Source: Promethearchaeota archaeon
Lineage (GTDB): Archaea > Asgardarchaeota > Lokiarchaeia > Sigyniarchaeales > SOKP01
Direction of reading: 5' to 3'
NCBI GenBank assembly: GCA_019057795.1
Contig: JAHLWS010000049.1
Span: 1 to 64,000 of the forward strand
Length of the DNA stretch: 64,000 bases
Shown here: in pieces, positions 48,465 through 58,959 of the stretch
How the letters are laid out: each line of letters begins with the position of its first letter
How positions within the stretch are numbered: position 1 is the stretch's first letter
Notes under the pieces: generated by a model
Database searches by the model: none
Told to the model about the DNA's origin: nothing
What the model saw: only the letters and a program-made list of their open reading frames with translations
Program-made: the position numbers and the translations under genes

Positions 48465-51005
48465 TTATTGATTGTTAATTTCAATATCTCGGCGTTGCAT
48501 TTCTAAAAGCCGTTTATATTTGCCGTTTGAAGCTAATAAACTTTCATGGTTCCCTTGTTCTATGATACCATGTTTATCAGAACCTAGAACGATTATCTGA
48601 TCTGCATTCTTTATCGTTGATAAGCGGTGTGCGATGATAATGGTGGTACGACCCTTGCGAGCTTTATTTAAAGCATCTTGGATCAAAGTCTCGGTGTATG
48701 GGTCCACAGAAGAAGTTGCCTCATCTAAAATCAAGATTTTAGGGTCGGTAATTAGAGCTCGAGCAAAAGCAATTAATTGACGTTGTCCTATAGAAATGTT
48801 AGACCCATTTTCTTTTAATTTTTTATCGTATTTCTTGTGTAAAGTCTCAACAAAATTATGTAATCCTAAGAATTTAGAAACTTCAATCATCTTATTTTCG
48901 ATTTCAGGGTTTGGATTATCAATGCCATAGAGTAAATTCTCTTTGATAGTTCCCGTAAAAAGATAGGCATCCTGAGGTACAAATCCTATTAATCCTCGTA
49001 AATCCTTTTTGTTTACTTCCCGAATATCGATCCCATCAACGAGTATTTTTCCGACATTTACATCGTAGAATCGAGAGAGAAGCTTTACTAACGTTGTTTT
49101 TCCTGCGCCAGTCTCACCCGCAATCGCTAGAGTAGCACCAGGAGGGACTTTTAAGTTAAAATCTTTTAATACGTAACCTTTAGATTGTTGGCGTTTAATT
49201 AACATCTTTTTTTCTTCTATAGCATCTTTCACTACTTTTGGAATCTTATTTGAGATCTCCGGAGGAATTGATATGCTGGCAAGGGTTTCGAGGATTGCTT
49301 GAGGAGACATCTGCATAGCGCCACTGCCCATTAGTCCTTGGCTGTCTCCTCCCATTCCACCACTAGTTGGTTGTTTAAAACCTGATTTTGAGCGAAGCAT
49401 TTTTTCTAAGCTTTTAACCATCATTTCGATCATTTTGGGAGGAATCAATTGCCCCATTGACGGTTGATCTTTTGAAGGCATGCCTTTCTTTAGATCACTA
49501 TCTTTACTTTTAAAGGATGTGTCATATTCAGGATGTTTTTCTGCTAAATCTGTATTTGGAACGGCATATTGGTATTCGTCTAAAATTTCATCAATTATCT
49601 TAGGAGCGTCCTCGGGCTTAACTCCCATTAAGCTCATGAACAATTTCTGTCGAATATTTTGAGGCATGTACATGCTGTTTTTAAGCATGAAAGAGGAATA
49701 TGGTTCCGGGAAAGTTTTCATCAGCTCTATTGCTTTTTTAATCATAGGATTCTGTAGCATTGGGTTTTGTACACCAGGTGCGGGAGATCCAGATATAATT
49801 TCGGGTGATTGTTTTTCCTTATTATTATCTAAAATGTAGCCAAAACTAACGTTAATAAACTCAATATTTCCTTTAGGTTCGGAAAATGTTTTCGCACTTA
49901 TTGGCTCAGGTATTTCTACGCTTTCTTCCAATACAGATAATATTCGATCTGAAGCTGCTAAAGCGCTCCCTATAATCTGTTGCATTTGTAATAACATCAT
50001 GAATGGGCGGAAAAATTGAGAGAGTAACGAAATAAAGGCAACAAGAACTCCAACCGAAACAGTAATACCAAAAAAATTAATTTCTCCAATTGCTATAAAG
50101 CCTCCAAGTAATAGTATAATCACTGTGAGAACCGTAACTATTAAGGAAAATAGAGGGAAAATTGTAGCCATGATTCTTCTAATCTTAACCATTATCTTAT
50201 AATTAGCTGTATTTGCTTGATCAAACTCGGAGGATGCTCTTTTCTCTTGCCCATATGCTTTTACTATCCTCGCTCCTGCAATATTCTCTTGAATCGAAGT
50301 TGTAACTTGACCAATTGTTTCTCTAGCCTTCTTAAAAACACCTATTATAATTTTTTGAATAAATATTGCCATAATAAAAAATATAGGAATTATTATCAAG
50401 CTGATTAAGGCTAAATAGACGTTGAGCAAGAACATAATTAATATAGTAATAACAATGGATACAATATTGGTTATTATCTGTACAAATTGCCCTCCTACTA
50501 GTAAGTTAAGTTGAGTAACGTCGTTAGTTGTAATTGAGATTATATCTCCTGAAGGCCGTTGATCGAAATAATTAAGAGACATGTCTTGCAATTTAAAAAA
50601 GAGATCATTTCTTACTTCGTACGTAACTTTTTGCGATATTTTTCCCATTCCATATTGAGAAATATAAGTTGTGACTGCCATGAAGACGAGTAGGCTTAAA
50701 AACACTCCACTCATGATTATTACGAAATATGGATCCCTTGCTACAATCCCATTATCTATTATAGCTGCAGTAACTAGCGGACTTATGGTTAAAATTATGC
50801 TCCCTAATAAGAGAAGTATAGTATACAGCACAAATTTCCATTTAAACGATTTTAGATATGAAAGTATCCATTTCAATAGAACTTTGCTAGGATGTTCTAA
50901 GTCTGGTTTACCTTCTCCAAACGAGGGATGCCGATGAAAACCTAAAGACGGCTGATTGATTTTTTTTTCTTCTTTTCTCTCTTTATTTTCTTCTGCATAA
51001 CTCAT
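48465..51005 (-). CDS. ABC exporter half-transporter (TMD-NBD) with a large insertion in the NBD
   Basis: Six-TM domain, GETGAGKT, ISIGQRQ, ILDEATSSVD, IAHRLS. About 215 extra aa between NVSFGY and YVLKDF. Confidence 0.92.
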   Translation of the reverse strand: MSYAEENKERKEEKKINQPSLGFHRHPSFGEGKPDLEHPSKVLLKWILSYLKSFKWKFVLYTILLLLGSIILTISPLVTAAIIDNGIVARDPYFVIIMSGVFLSLLVFMAVTTYISQYGMGKISQKVTYEVRNDLFFKLQDMSLNYFDQRPSGDIISITTNDVTQLNLLVGGQFVQIITNIVSIVITILIMFLLNVYLALISLIIIPIFFIMAIFIQKIIIGVFKKARETIGQVTTSIQENIAGARIVKAYGQEKRASSEFDQANTANYKIMVKIRRIMATIFPLFSLIVTVLTVIILLLGGFIAIGEINFFGITVSVGVLVAFISLLSQFFRPFMMLLQMQQIIGSALAASDRILSVLEESVEIPEPISAKTFSEPKGNIEFINVSFGYILDNNKEKQSPEIISGSPAPGVQNPMLQNPMIKKAIELMKTFPEPYSSFMLKNSMYMPQNIRQKLFMSLMGVKPEDAPKIIDEILDEYQYAVPNTDLAEKHPEYDTSFKSKDSDLKKGMPSKDQPSMGQLIPPKMIEMMVKSLEKMLRSKSGFKQPTSGGMGGDSQGLMGSGAMQMSPQAILETLASISIPPEISNKIPKVVKDAIEEKKMLIKRQQSKGYVLKDFNLKVPPGATLAIAGETGAGKTTLVKLLSRFYDVNVGKILVDGIDIREVNKKDLRGLIGFVPQDAYLFTGTIKENLLYGIDNPNPEIENKMIEVSKFLGLHNFVETLHKKYDKKLKENGSNISIGQRQLIAFARALITDPKILILDEATSSVDPYTETLIQDALNKARKGRTTIIIAHRLSTIKNADQIIVLGSDKHGIIEQGNHESLLASNGKYKRLLEMQRRDIEINNQ

Positions 51006-52789
51006 GGAAGATCACCTTTATTACTATTATTTTCTTCAAAATCTGGTAATGACTTTTGTTTGTAATATAATGTTTCATAAATTTGTCTGTATAACACATT
51101 AGTTTTAATTAAATCATCGTGAACACCAAAACCTATTACCCTTCCTTTATCTAAAACTAATATCTTATCAGCATTACGAATAGTCGAAATTCGTTGAGTA
51201 ATAATGAAAGTTGTAGTTCCCTTAGTGATTTTTTCTAATCCTTTTTGAATTTCAAATTCGGTCTCAACATCTACTGAACTGGTAGAATCATCAAAAATTA
51301 GAATTTTTGGCTTTATAATTAACGCACGAGCAATAGAAAGACGTTGTTTTTGACCCCCTGACAGCCTTGTACCACGTTCACCTACTATAGAATCGTATTC
51401 TTTTGGTAAAGAAATGATAAAATCATGTAAATTGGCAATTTTAGCCGCTTCAATTATCTCTTCCATAGTTGCGTTTTCTTTGCCATATGAAATATTATCA
51501 GCAATACTTTTATTGAACAAAAATGTTTCTTGAGATACAATCCCAACATTTTTCCTTAAATCTTGTAGACGATACTTACGGATATCTTCTTGATCAATTT
51601 TGATTACCCCTTCACTTACTTCATAAAACCGAGGAATTAAATTGATAATTGTAGATTTTCCCGATCCTGTCGTTCCAAGTATTGCCAATTTTTTTCCAGA
51701 AGCAATATTAAATGACACATTTTTTAAAATCCTATGGTCAGAAGTGTATCCAAAAGAAACGTTTTCAAATTCTACATCGCCTTTCATATGTTCAATCGGG
51801 GTTGCGTTGGGTAAATCTTTAACTTCTGGAGTTGATTCTAAAACATCTCTCACGCGAGTTAAAGCCGCATCGGCTTGAACGTACATCAACATAATTTGTC
51901 CTAACATAACTAAAGGGAATCCAAGAGTCGCGATAAACGATTGTAAAGTAATCAAGGTAGCTAATGTCATTACCTCTTCTATTACCCAAATTCCACCAAC
52001 TAATAATGTGAATACGGTCATGAAGCCAATTATTATGAATATGCTTGGCATATAGAGTGAATTCAGTTTTACTGAACGAACGCTAGCTTTATAAAACCGC
52101 TCATTGTTTTTAGAAAATTTTTGAAGTTCTTTACCTTGAGTATTAAACATCCGTACTACTTGAGCGCCTACTATATTTTCTCTAATTGTATTAGTTAATG
52201 CCCCAAAACTATTCCTAGTCTCTAAAAATATTGGTTTTAACTTTTTAGCAAGATAATACGATAATAAAAGAGAACTTACAATGGCTATTGACAATAACCA
52301 AGATAATTCTATACTAAAAAGAATGAACCCGATAGTGACCCCTCCTAATTGGAGAATGGATCTAAGTCCTAAAGTCAACCCCATACCAAAGATTTGTTCG
52401 CTTTCTTCCACATCACTTGTAGCTCGTGCAATTAATTGACCCGTCTCAGTTTTATCAAAATAAGAAAAAGATTGTCGAGAAATGGCGTTGTTGATATCCG
52501 TGCGAAGATAATAAACTGCTCTTGAGGAAACTTCAGCGCCTCTTAATCGTGCGGCTCTTTCCAATATAAAGGCTAGAATACCAAACATAAGAATTAAGCT
52601 AAATGAAATAATTAGATCACTAGCATTAGATAGCACTGAAAGATTCGGATCTAAGCCCCCAATCATTCTTCCTATTAACATAGGGACGAGTACTAAAAAC
52701 AGAGTAGACATTAATAAATAGATTACTTCGAGAATGAAATCCTTCTTAGATTTCATCCAATATTTTAAAATCATTTTAAATGTATTCAT
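51002..52789 (-). CDS. ABC exporter half-transporter, degenerate-site partner
   Basis: GTTGSGKS, LSGGQKQR, Walker B FDDSTS (E to D) and switch TQRIS (H to Q), as in heterodimeric TM287/288-type exporters. Confidence 0.93.
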   Translation of the reverse strand: MNTFKMILKYWMKSKKDFILEVIYLLMSTLFLVLVPMLIGRMIGGLDPNLSVLSNASDLIISFSLILMFGILAFILERAARLRGAEVSSRAVYYLRTDINNAISRQSFSYFDKTETGQLIARATSDVEESEQIFGMGLTLGLRSILQLGGVTIGFILFSIELSWLLSIAIVSSLLLSYYLAKKLKPIFLETRNSFGALTNTIRENIVGAQVVRMFNTQGKELQKFSKNNERFYKASVRSVKLNSLYMPSIFIIIGFMTVFTLLVGGIWVIEEVMTLATLITLQSFIATLGFPLVMLGQIMLMYVQADAALTRVRDVLESTPEVKDLPNATPIEHMKGDVEFENVSFGYTSDHRILKNVSFNIASGKKLAILGTTGSGKSTIINLIPRFYEVSEGVIKIDQEDIRKYRLQDLRKNVGIVSQETFLFNKSIADNISYGKENATMEEIIEAAKIANLHDFIISLPKEYDSIVGERGTRLSGGQKQRLSIARALIIKPKILIFDDSTSSVDVETEFEIQKGLEKITKGTTTFIITQRISTIRNADKILVLDKGRVIGFGVHDDLIKTNVLYRQIYETLYYKQKSLPDFEENNSNKGDLP

Positions 52790-53373
52790 ACTACTTTTTT
52801 CTCCTCGTCTGAGTTTTTATCAATTGCTTTATTTTTTAATTCTGAGATTACTTCCTCAATTTTCTGATATTGTTTGTTTAATCGTTTAATCTTTTGCGAA
52901 AGCTTTAATTTGTGAAACTCTAATAATTTTAATTTCTCCTCTTCGGATTTTTCTTCAAGTTTTTCGAAAAAGAAGTTAAATGGCCCTTGCATCGGAAAGA
53001 AATGTCCTGATAACTTCTTATCTGAGCCTATTGTTGCCGCTATTAGTGTTTCTATTGACTCATTAATTATTTGTTGCTTTTCAACCATTAATTTTAGTGT
53101 TTCTTCTCCTTTTTTTGTTACTTCGTAAACTTTCCTAGTTCTTCCTTCTTCTTGTTGTTCTATGTATGTAATTAAGCCATTTTTAGTCATTTCCTTAAGC
53201 ACTGTATACATTGTAGATGCGGGAGGGGACCATATTCCGAGAGTTCGGTTAGTTATATCTTTGCTAATTTTATAACCGTATGAAGGGTTCTTCTCGAGAA
53301 TTAACAATATGAGCGCACTAATGAAGCCTTTTTTCATTGCTTTTTCAAAATTCTTTGTAATTTCTTCAACCAT
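52786..53373 (-). CDS. PadR-family transcriptional regulator
   Basis: SYGYKI...STMYTVL...GLI...RKVYEVTKKG; overlaps and leads the ABC pair. Confidence 0.9.
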   Translation of the reverse strand: MVEEITKNFEKAMKKGFISALILLILEKNPSYGYKISKDITNRTLGIWSPPASTMYTVLKEMTKNGLITYIEQQEEGRTRKVYEVTKKGEETLKLMVEKQQIINESIETLIAATIGSDKKLSGHFFPMQGPFNFFFEKLEEKSEEEKLKLLEFHKLKLSQKIKRLNKQYQKIEEVISELKNKAIDKNSDEEKKVV

Positions 53374-53532
53374 TCTATTAAACCTTCAAAAAAGTTGTTT
53401 ATAAAAAAATAGAAATAATATAATATCTCACTTATGGATATATATCGATTATTGATATATAAATATTGCTATGAAATAATATAAATACCATAATAAACAA
53501 CATTGTTACTAAATATAATTGGTGTGTGAAGA

Positions 53533-54861
53533 ATGACAGAAGTGTTTATAGTCGATACTAAACAAGGTTTAGAATCTGCAGTTAATGAAATGTTTAATAA
53601 TTTAGAAAAGATTGAACCGATTTTGAAAAGCTCAAAGGAAGTTTATATTAAAGTAAATGGTATAGATTTTCATAAACATAGTTATACATCTCCAGAAGTC
53701 TTAAAAGCAGTTATAGAATATCTCAACAATATTGGTGCAGATGTATATGTCATGGAAAACTCTACGCAAGCAAATATGACTCGAATAGTTTTTGCAATTA
53801 ACGGTTTTAAGGATGTATGTGAGGAGACGGGTGCCAAAATCATATTTTTAGACGAAGAAGATACTAAAACTTTTGAATTTAAAGGGAAACCTTCCGTGGC
53901 AGAAAACTCTAAAGGATACATCTTAAAAACCTTTCGATTACCTAAAACGATTACTAAAATTATGAAAAATAGAGATTCTATAACATATATTAATCTTCCA
54001 AAACTTAAAACCCATTCAATGGCAGGAGTGACGCTTGGAATTAAAAATCAATGGGGTTTTCCCCAACACGCAGACCGGGGTAAAGACCATAATTATAACT
54101 TACATTCAAAATTAGTAGATGTGTATGAATACATTAAACCAGATATAACGATTATTGATGGAATTGAAGGCACGGTTCATGGGCATTACCCTCCTACAGC
54201 ATGGGAAGATCGCCTCGTTAAACAATTTGATATCTTGATTGGAGGATGGGACACGTTAGCTGTTGATGTCGTTGGTGCGAGAATTTTTGGTTTAACATTA
54301 GACGATGTTCCTCATTTAAAAATAGCCTTTAAACGAGGGTTAGGAGAAGGTGATTTGAGCAAAATAAAGGTTACAGGAAAAAATTTAGAGGAATATAAGG
54401 AAAAGTATGAGACGAACATACTGCAAGAGTTCCCCGAAGATGTAAAAATTATTAAAGGTAAGGAATTATTGTGTAGGGAAGGCTGCGAAAACAACCCGTT
54501 GACGACTATGCAAGTATTTGCTAATGATCATAGGGACAAATTTAAGGGAGGCTGGTTTATCGTCATGGGTAAAGGACACGACGAAAACATTGTGGAACAA
54601 TTGAAGAAAGAAGGTTACACTAAGGGGCTCGTAGCAGGATATTGTGCGATAGATGAGGTCGGAGATAAGCTTGTAAAGGAATTCGGGAAACGTAAAGTAT
54701 TTTTTTCTGGTGATTGCAACAATCTAGCTGAGACTGTAAAAGCGATATTAAAACTTTCAAAAATGAGTGTTTTTGATTTGGTGCCAATTTCAAATGAAGC
54801 GTTGATGGCGCTCATTGATGCTGCTAACGAGCACAGTAGTACCGCATTAGTTCCATTGTGA
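53533..54861 (+). CDS. DUF362-domain (putative Fe-S) protein
   Basis: INLPKLKTH...VTLGIKNQWG, IIDGIEG, DTLAVD, Cys-containing C-terminal domain. Confidence 0.85.
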   Translation: MTEVFIVDTKQGLESAVNEMFNNLEKIEPILKSSKEVYIKVNGIDFHKHSYTSPEVLKAVIEYLNNIGADVYVMENSTQANMTRIVFAINGFKDVCEETGAKIIFLDEEDTKTFEFKGKPSVAENSKGYILKTFRLPKTITKIMKNRDSITYINLPKLKTHSMAGVTLGIKNQWGFPQHADRGKDHNYNLHSKLVDVYEYIKPDITIIDGIEGTVHGHYPPTAWEDRLVKQFDILIGGWDTLAVDVVGARIFGLTLDDVPHLKIAFKRGLGEGDLSKIKVTGKNLEEYKEKYETNILQEFPEDVKIIKGKELLCREGCENNPLTTMQVFANDHRDKFKGGWFIVMGKGHDENIVEQLKKEGYTKGLVAGYCAIDEVGDKLVKEFGKRKVFFSGDCNNLAETVKAILKLSKMSVFDLVPISNEALMALIDAANEHSSTALVPL

Positions 54862-54977
54862 TAAAAGGAAATGTAAAATGAATTGATTCTTATATATCTT
54901 TATTAACTCTTATTTTTTTACTTTTTTGTAAAGAAAAACTAACTCTTTATTAATAATATGGTTCAATAAAATAATTA

Positions 54978-55730
54978 ATGGATTTAGAATCAAAATATTT
55001 TGAAATAAAACAGTTCTTATCGATATCTGATGAGAAATTTAATTTGGATCAAAAAATCGAGAATATTTTTGATTCAGACAACCTTAAAATAGAAATATTA
55101 GGTAAGATTGTCCAGTTTATCTATTATTTCTCGATGTTTAAAAATATTAAACCGTTTATGAATTCCGTTTATAATTGCATTGAATCAACTTTAGATTTAA
55201 GAACCGAATCTGTAAATGATTTTAAAGAACTACTAATAAAAACTGCATTGATGAGATTTATTCAAGATTATGTAGATTACGCACAATTAACGCAGAAAAA
55301 GCAAATATTGAGACTTTTTTCAGATTCCTTGGATAAACTTCAAATTCAGCCACTAATAATAAATTTAGGATTGTTTCTTAAACCAATGTATCAAGATCAA
55401 GATTACCTTGATAGAGCTAATAAAAACCAAGAAGTGGAAATCTCTTATTTTCTTAACGACGAAATTGAGATTAAAATAAAGGACGCAATTGACAAATGGT
55501 TAAAAACTCAAATCATAAATTTAGACAATCAAGAGAGCTTAAAAACGAACTTGAAAAACAGATACGATAATTTAGCAACCGAATTCAATATTACAAGGGG
55601 GTCAGAAGTTTATCAAAAGTTATCAAAGGAAGTTATGGAAATGCTATCATTGAAACTTACAATGATTAGTCTAATGGATTCGATGTCAGACGAATCATTT
55701 GAACCAATTCCAATAAAATCTTCTCCTTAA
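54978..55730 (+). CDS. Hypothetical helical protein
   Basis: 250-aa ORF with a clean start and stop; no recognised motif. Confidence 0.6.
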   Translation: MDLESKYFEIKQFLSISDEKFNLDQKIENIFDSDNLKIEILGKIVQFIYYFSMFKNIKPFMNSVYNCIESTLDLRTESVNDFKELLIKTALMRFIQDYVDYAQLTQKKQILRLFSDSLDKLQIQPLIINLGLFLKPMYQDQDYLDRANKNQEVEISYFLNDEIEIKIKDAIDKWLKTQIINLDNQESLKTNLKNRYDNLATEFNITRGSEVYQKLSKEVMEMLSLKLTMISLMDSMSDESFEPIPIKSSP

Positions 55731-55891
55731 TCGAAAATATATTTGTTTTCCTTTTCCTATTCCTTGAGTAATTTCGAATTTTTATCATTTCAAGATTTAA
55801 AATATTGAAATCTATTAATTCTTGGATAAGTAAATTATTAAATACAAATTTTGATATTATATTTAAAAAAACCCATTAATCAATTCCTCAA

Positions 55892-57058
55892 GTGAGAAAA
55901 TTGGAAGAAAATGAAAAGCCTTTAACACCCGAAGAAATTGAAAACCAAAAGAAGATTGTTGAAGATCTATATAAAAAAGAAAGGGATGAAAGAGAAAACT
56001 ACTTAAAAAGTTTCGAGGTAGAACGGAAAGCTGCTTTTGAAGAGAGTAAAGAATTGATTTCTGCCTTGATATCCGAGAAAAGTTTCAAGAGAGAAAAACA
56101 AAGAGAACGAGATTTAGAAAGAATGGAACTAAAACCCGACATTGAACAAACTGGTGAAGCAATCGAAAAAACCGTTGGAGAAAAAGCATTTATGAGAGAA
56201 AAACAAAGAGAAGCAGATTTTAAAAGGACAGATCTAAAGCCTGACTTTAGAGGTGTTAGTGAAGTAATAAGCAAAATCATCGATGATAAAGCGTTTTTAA
56301 TTGAAAAGAAACGGGAATCTGATGTCCGACGATTAAAAATAAAACCTGATATGGAAAGCGCAAGGGACGCAATTAGTAAAAGTATTAATGAAAAAGCTTT
56401 CGTGATTGAAAAAAAGAAAGAGAGCGATTCTCGTCGTTTAGAATTACATCCTGATATAGAAAAAACAGGAGAAACAATCTCTAAATCTATAGGTGAAAAA
56501 GCATTTGTTAGAGAAAAACAAAGAGAACGAGATTTTGAAAGAATGGAGCTAAAACCAGCCTTTATGAAAACGGGAGAGGCAATAAGTAAAACCGTGGCGG
56601 AAAAAGCATTTAGAAGAGATAAACAACGCGAAACGGATCAGAGAATGTTAAATTTGCATCCCAAAATTATTGAAAAAAGCGAAGCTATTAAAGCGTCTAT
56701 TGATGAAAAAGCGTTTATGATTGAAAAAAAGAAAGAGAGCGATTCTCGTCGTTTAGAATTACATCCTGATATAGAAAAGACAGGAGAAACAATCTCTAAA
56801 TCTATAGGTGAAAAAGCATTTGTTAGAGAAAAACAAAGAGAACGAGATTTAGAAAGAATGGAGCTAAAACCAGCCTTTATGAAAACGGGAGAAGCAATAA
56901 GTAAAACCGTGGCGGAAAAAGCATTTGTTAGAGAAAAACAAAGAGAACGAGATTTAGAAAGAATGGAGATTAAACCCGATATTAAAGGTATTGGCACTTT
57001 AATCGAAGGAAAGCTTGAAAAAATCGAACAAAAGAAAAAGGATGAAAATCTTACTTAA
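55892..57058 (+). CDS. Charged protein built from nine tandem 35-aa repeats
   Basis: Consensus EKAFxREKQRExDxxRxELKPDxxKTGEAISKxxx recurs every 105 nt. Confidence 0.85.
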   Translation: MRKLEENEKPLTPEEIENQKKIVEDLYKKERDERENYLKSFEVERKAAFEESKELISALISEKSFKREKQRERDLERMELKPDIEQTGEAIEKTVGEKAFMREKQREADFKRTDLKPDFRGVSEVISKIIDDKAFLIEKKRESDVRRLKIKPDMESARDAISKSINEKAFVIEKKKESDSRRLELHPDIEKTGETISKSIGEKAFVREKQRERDFERMELKPAFMKTGEAISKTVAEKAFRRDKQRETDQRMLNLHPKIIEKSEAIKASIDEKAFMIEKKKESDSRRLELHPDIEKTGETISKSIGEKAFVREKQRERDLERMELKPAFMKTGEAISKTVAEKAFVREKQRERDLERMEIKPDIKGIGTLIEGKLEKIEQKKKDENLT

Positions 57059-57089
57059 AAACTAAAATCTTCTAAAGAACTATTCGAAG

Positions 57090-57593
57090 TCATAAATGAA
57101 TATCAAATTTAAATAATGAATTTAAATTCATATTTTCTAACCTTTTTTTATATCTTAAAATTGATGGATCAATATTTCCATTAAAATGATTTATGTTATA
57201 TTCAAATTTTTTATAGAAATCCTCCATAATCTGATGTAATATTACTCTTTCTACTTGCAAATTTGTTTTCTTTGTAATCGCAATAACGGATAATCGACCT
57301 TTCCTTTCGTACAATATTCGGGTTTCTTTAAAGTTGATTTCTTGAATCTCGTCATCTATTGAATCGGGTTTGAGTTCAGCTATAAATTGGTCTAAAGCGT
57401 TTAAAAAACCACTAATTAAATCCCCATGGGATAAAAAGTTTGTCTTATTGGTATATTTATTGCTTAATAGTAAAGAACCAGTTAAATTGTCTAAAAAATA
57501 TAAAGCATAAAATCGATTTTCGTTTGAATTAAGTTTTTCTAATTTAAATCCATATGTTTTTTCTATACCTCTATTATTCCAATTGTACGACAT
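57090..57593 (-). CDS. Longin-like domain protein
   Basis: YALYFLDNLTGSLLLSNKY...DLISGFLNALDQFIAEL...IQEINFKETRILYE. Confidence 0.7.
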   Translation of the reverse strand: MSYNWNNRGIEKTYGFKLEKLNSNENRFYALYFLDNLTGSLLLSNKYTNKTNFLSHGDLISGFLNALDQFIAELKPDSIDDEIQEINFKETRILYERKGRLSVIAITKKTNLQVERVILHQIMEDFYKKFEYNINHFNGNIDPSILRYKKRLENMNLNSLFKFDIHL

Positions 57594-57759
57594 ATTAATA
57601 AGACTAATGATCTCAAGAATTTTCCTATTAAAACATAAAGTCTATCTTGATTTAAAACATAAACGTTATCTCAGTGTTATGATATTTTTCGAGCTTTTAA
57701 ACGATTAACTTTTTGTTTTAAAAATATCATACAAGTCAAACATCATATTATGAAAATAA

Positions 57760-58311
57760 TTGGAAAAAAAAATAAAAATTAAAAACAAACGTAATTTATT
57801 AATAGACATATACTCTTCATATCACATTTTATTTTTGATGAAAATGGTTGTAAATAACAACGAGGGAAAGCAGAAAAACAAAATTTCTATTGGTTTAATT
57901 ATATCAAAAGATGATTTTAATTCTACTATTTTTCCCGAAGAAGTTAAAAGTGAGATTATTGACACCCCCTATTATCTTTTAATTTTTATTTCTCGCGAAG
58001 ATTCTATAAAAATTAGCTGCTTCCCTACAAAGACTAAAAATATCAAAAAAATCTTAATAAAATTAATAGAATTTTCTCCAGATCTAGTTAAAGGGATATC
58101 TACAGTGTTAGGTGAGCTTAATTTAAGTCGAGATATCTTACATACCACGGGAATATGCTATGAGCTTGAAAAGTGTTTCTATGAAACCTACCTACTTGGA
58201 GACTCACTAAATACAGGGAACATTACTACTGAGGCAATAAAGGAAAGATTTTTGGCAATTGATAAAGTTGTTAACGTTGAAATTGAAAATATTTCAATTC
58301 ATAATGAATAG
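57760..58311 (+). CDS. Hypothetical protein with an ACT-like C-terminal region
   Basis: PDLVKGISTVLGELNL..DILHTTGIC...IDKVVNVEIE. The true start is probably the ATG at 57838 or 57844. Confidence 0.5.
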   Translation: MEKKIKIKNKRNLLIDIYSSYHILFLMKMVVNNNEGKQKNKISIGLIISKDDFNSTIFPEEVKSEIIDTPYYLLIFISREDSIKISCFPTKTKNIKKILIKLIEFSPDLVKGISTVLGELNLSRDILHTTGICYELEKCFYETYLLGDSLNTGNITTEAIKERFLAIDKVVNVEIENISIHNE

Positions 58312-58323
58312 AATTATTGAAAC

Positions 58324-58530
58324 ATGAACAACAAAAATTTACCCCCACCTCCAACTCTCCCACCAAATTTTACTGTTTCAGAAAAATTTTGTTTGTTACA
58401 TAAAGGTGAATTGTCAGAGGAAAATTATACTTGCCCTAAATGTAAAACTAAATACTGTTTAAAATGTGCTAAAAAAGCCAAAATTGAAGGAAAATCGTGC
58501 GTAAAGTGTAAACAATTAATATTAGTGTAA
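58324..58530 (+). CDS. Small RING-like zinc finger protein
   Basis: C-x2-H...CPKC-x4-CLKC...CVKC, giving eight ligands, after a Pro-rich N-terminus. Confidence 0.65.
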   Translation: MNNKNLPPPPTLPPNFTVSEKFCLLHKGELSEENYTCPKCKTKYCLKCAKKAKIEGKSCVKCKQLILV

Positions 58531-58560
58531 TTTTTTTCCTTTAAAAACTCGTAATTATCG

Positions 58561-58959
58561 TTATCCAGTTCTAATTGAACTTAAACTGCGCCATGTTTTC
58601 CAAAATATTAACCATAAAATTATGAAAATAAAAATTGTAGTAGTAAATGTGTAGCCACCAATAAAGAGATCAACAAAAATCAAAAACGGAATACCCGCGC
58701 TCGCGAACCCGATTAAGTAACCGTACCCCCAATATCTATTAATTATAGCTATAATCACCCCTGGGATTATTGTCGTTATTATGATTGATAAAAACGCTAG
58801 AACTTCTATCGCCCGAGGAGCGTCCAAAATAAAGGTCATATTAAACCACGATGCGATAAAACCTATAACGGAAAATAATAATGTCCAAATCTCTAACTTT
58901 AGGTCAGGCTCTGCCTTTTCTCTCGATTTATTTATTTCGTTGTTCTCTGCTTCCATCAA
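58561..58959 (-). CDS. Hypothetical integral membrane protein (about 4 TM)
   Basis: Predominantly hydrophobic 132-aa ORF. Confidence 0.65.
   Translation of the reverse strand: MMEAENNEINKSREKAEPDLKLEIWTLLFSVIGFIASWFNMTFILDAPRAIEVLAFLSIIITTIIPGVIIAIINRYWGYGYLIGFASAGIPFLIFVDLFIGGYTFTTTIFIFIILWLIFWKTWRSLSSIRTG

Noticed and set aside
49176-49835. Intein in the ABC transporter
   Set aside because: No Cys/Ser start, no His-Asn end followed by Cys/Ser/Thr, and no LAGLIDADG motifs.
55892-57058. CRISPR array or non-coding tandem repeat
   Set aside because: The repeats are in-frame 105-nt coding units with synonymous variation and no unique spacers; no cas genes are in the window.
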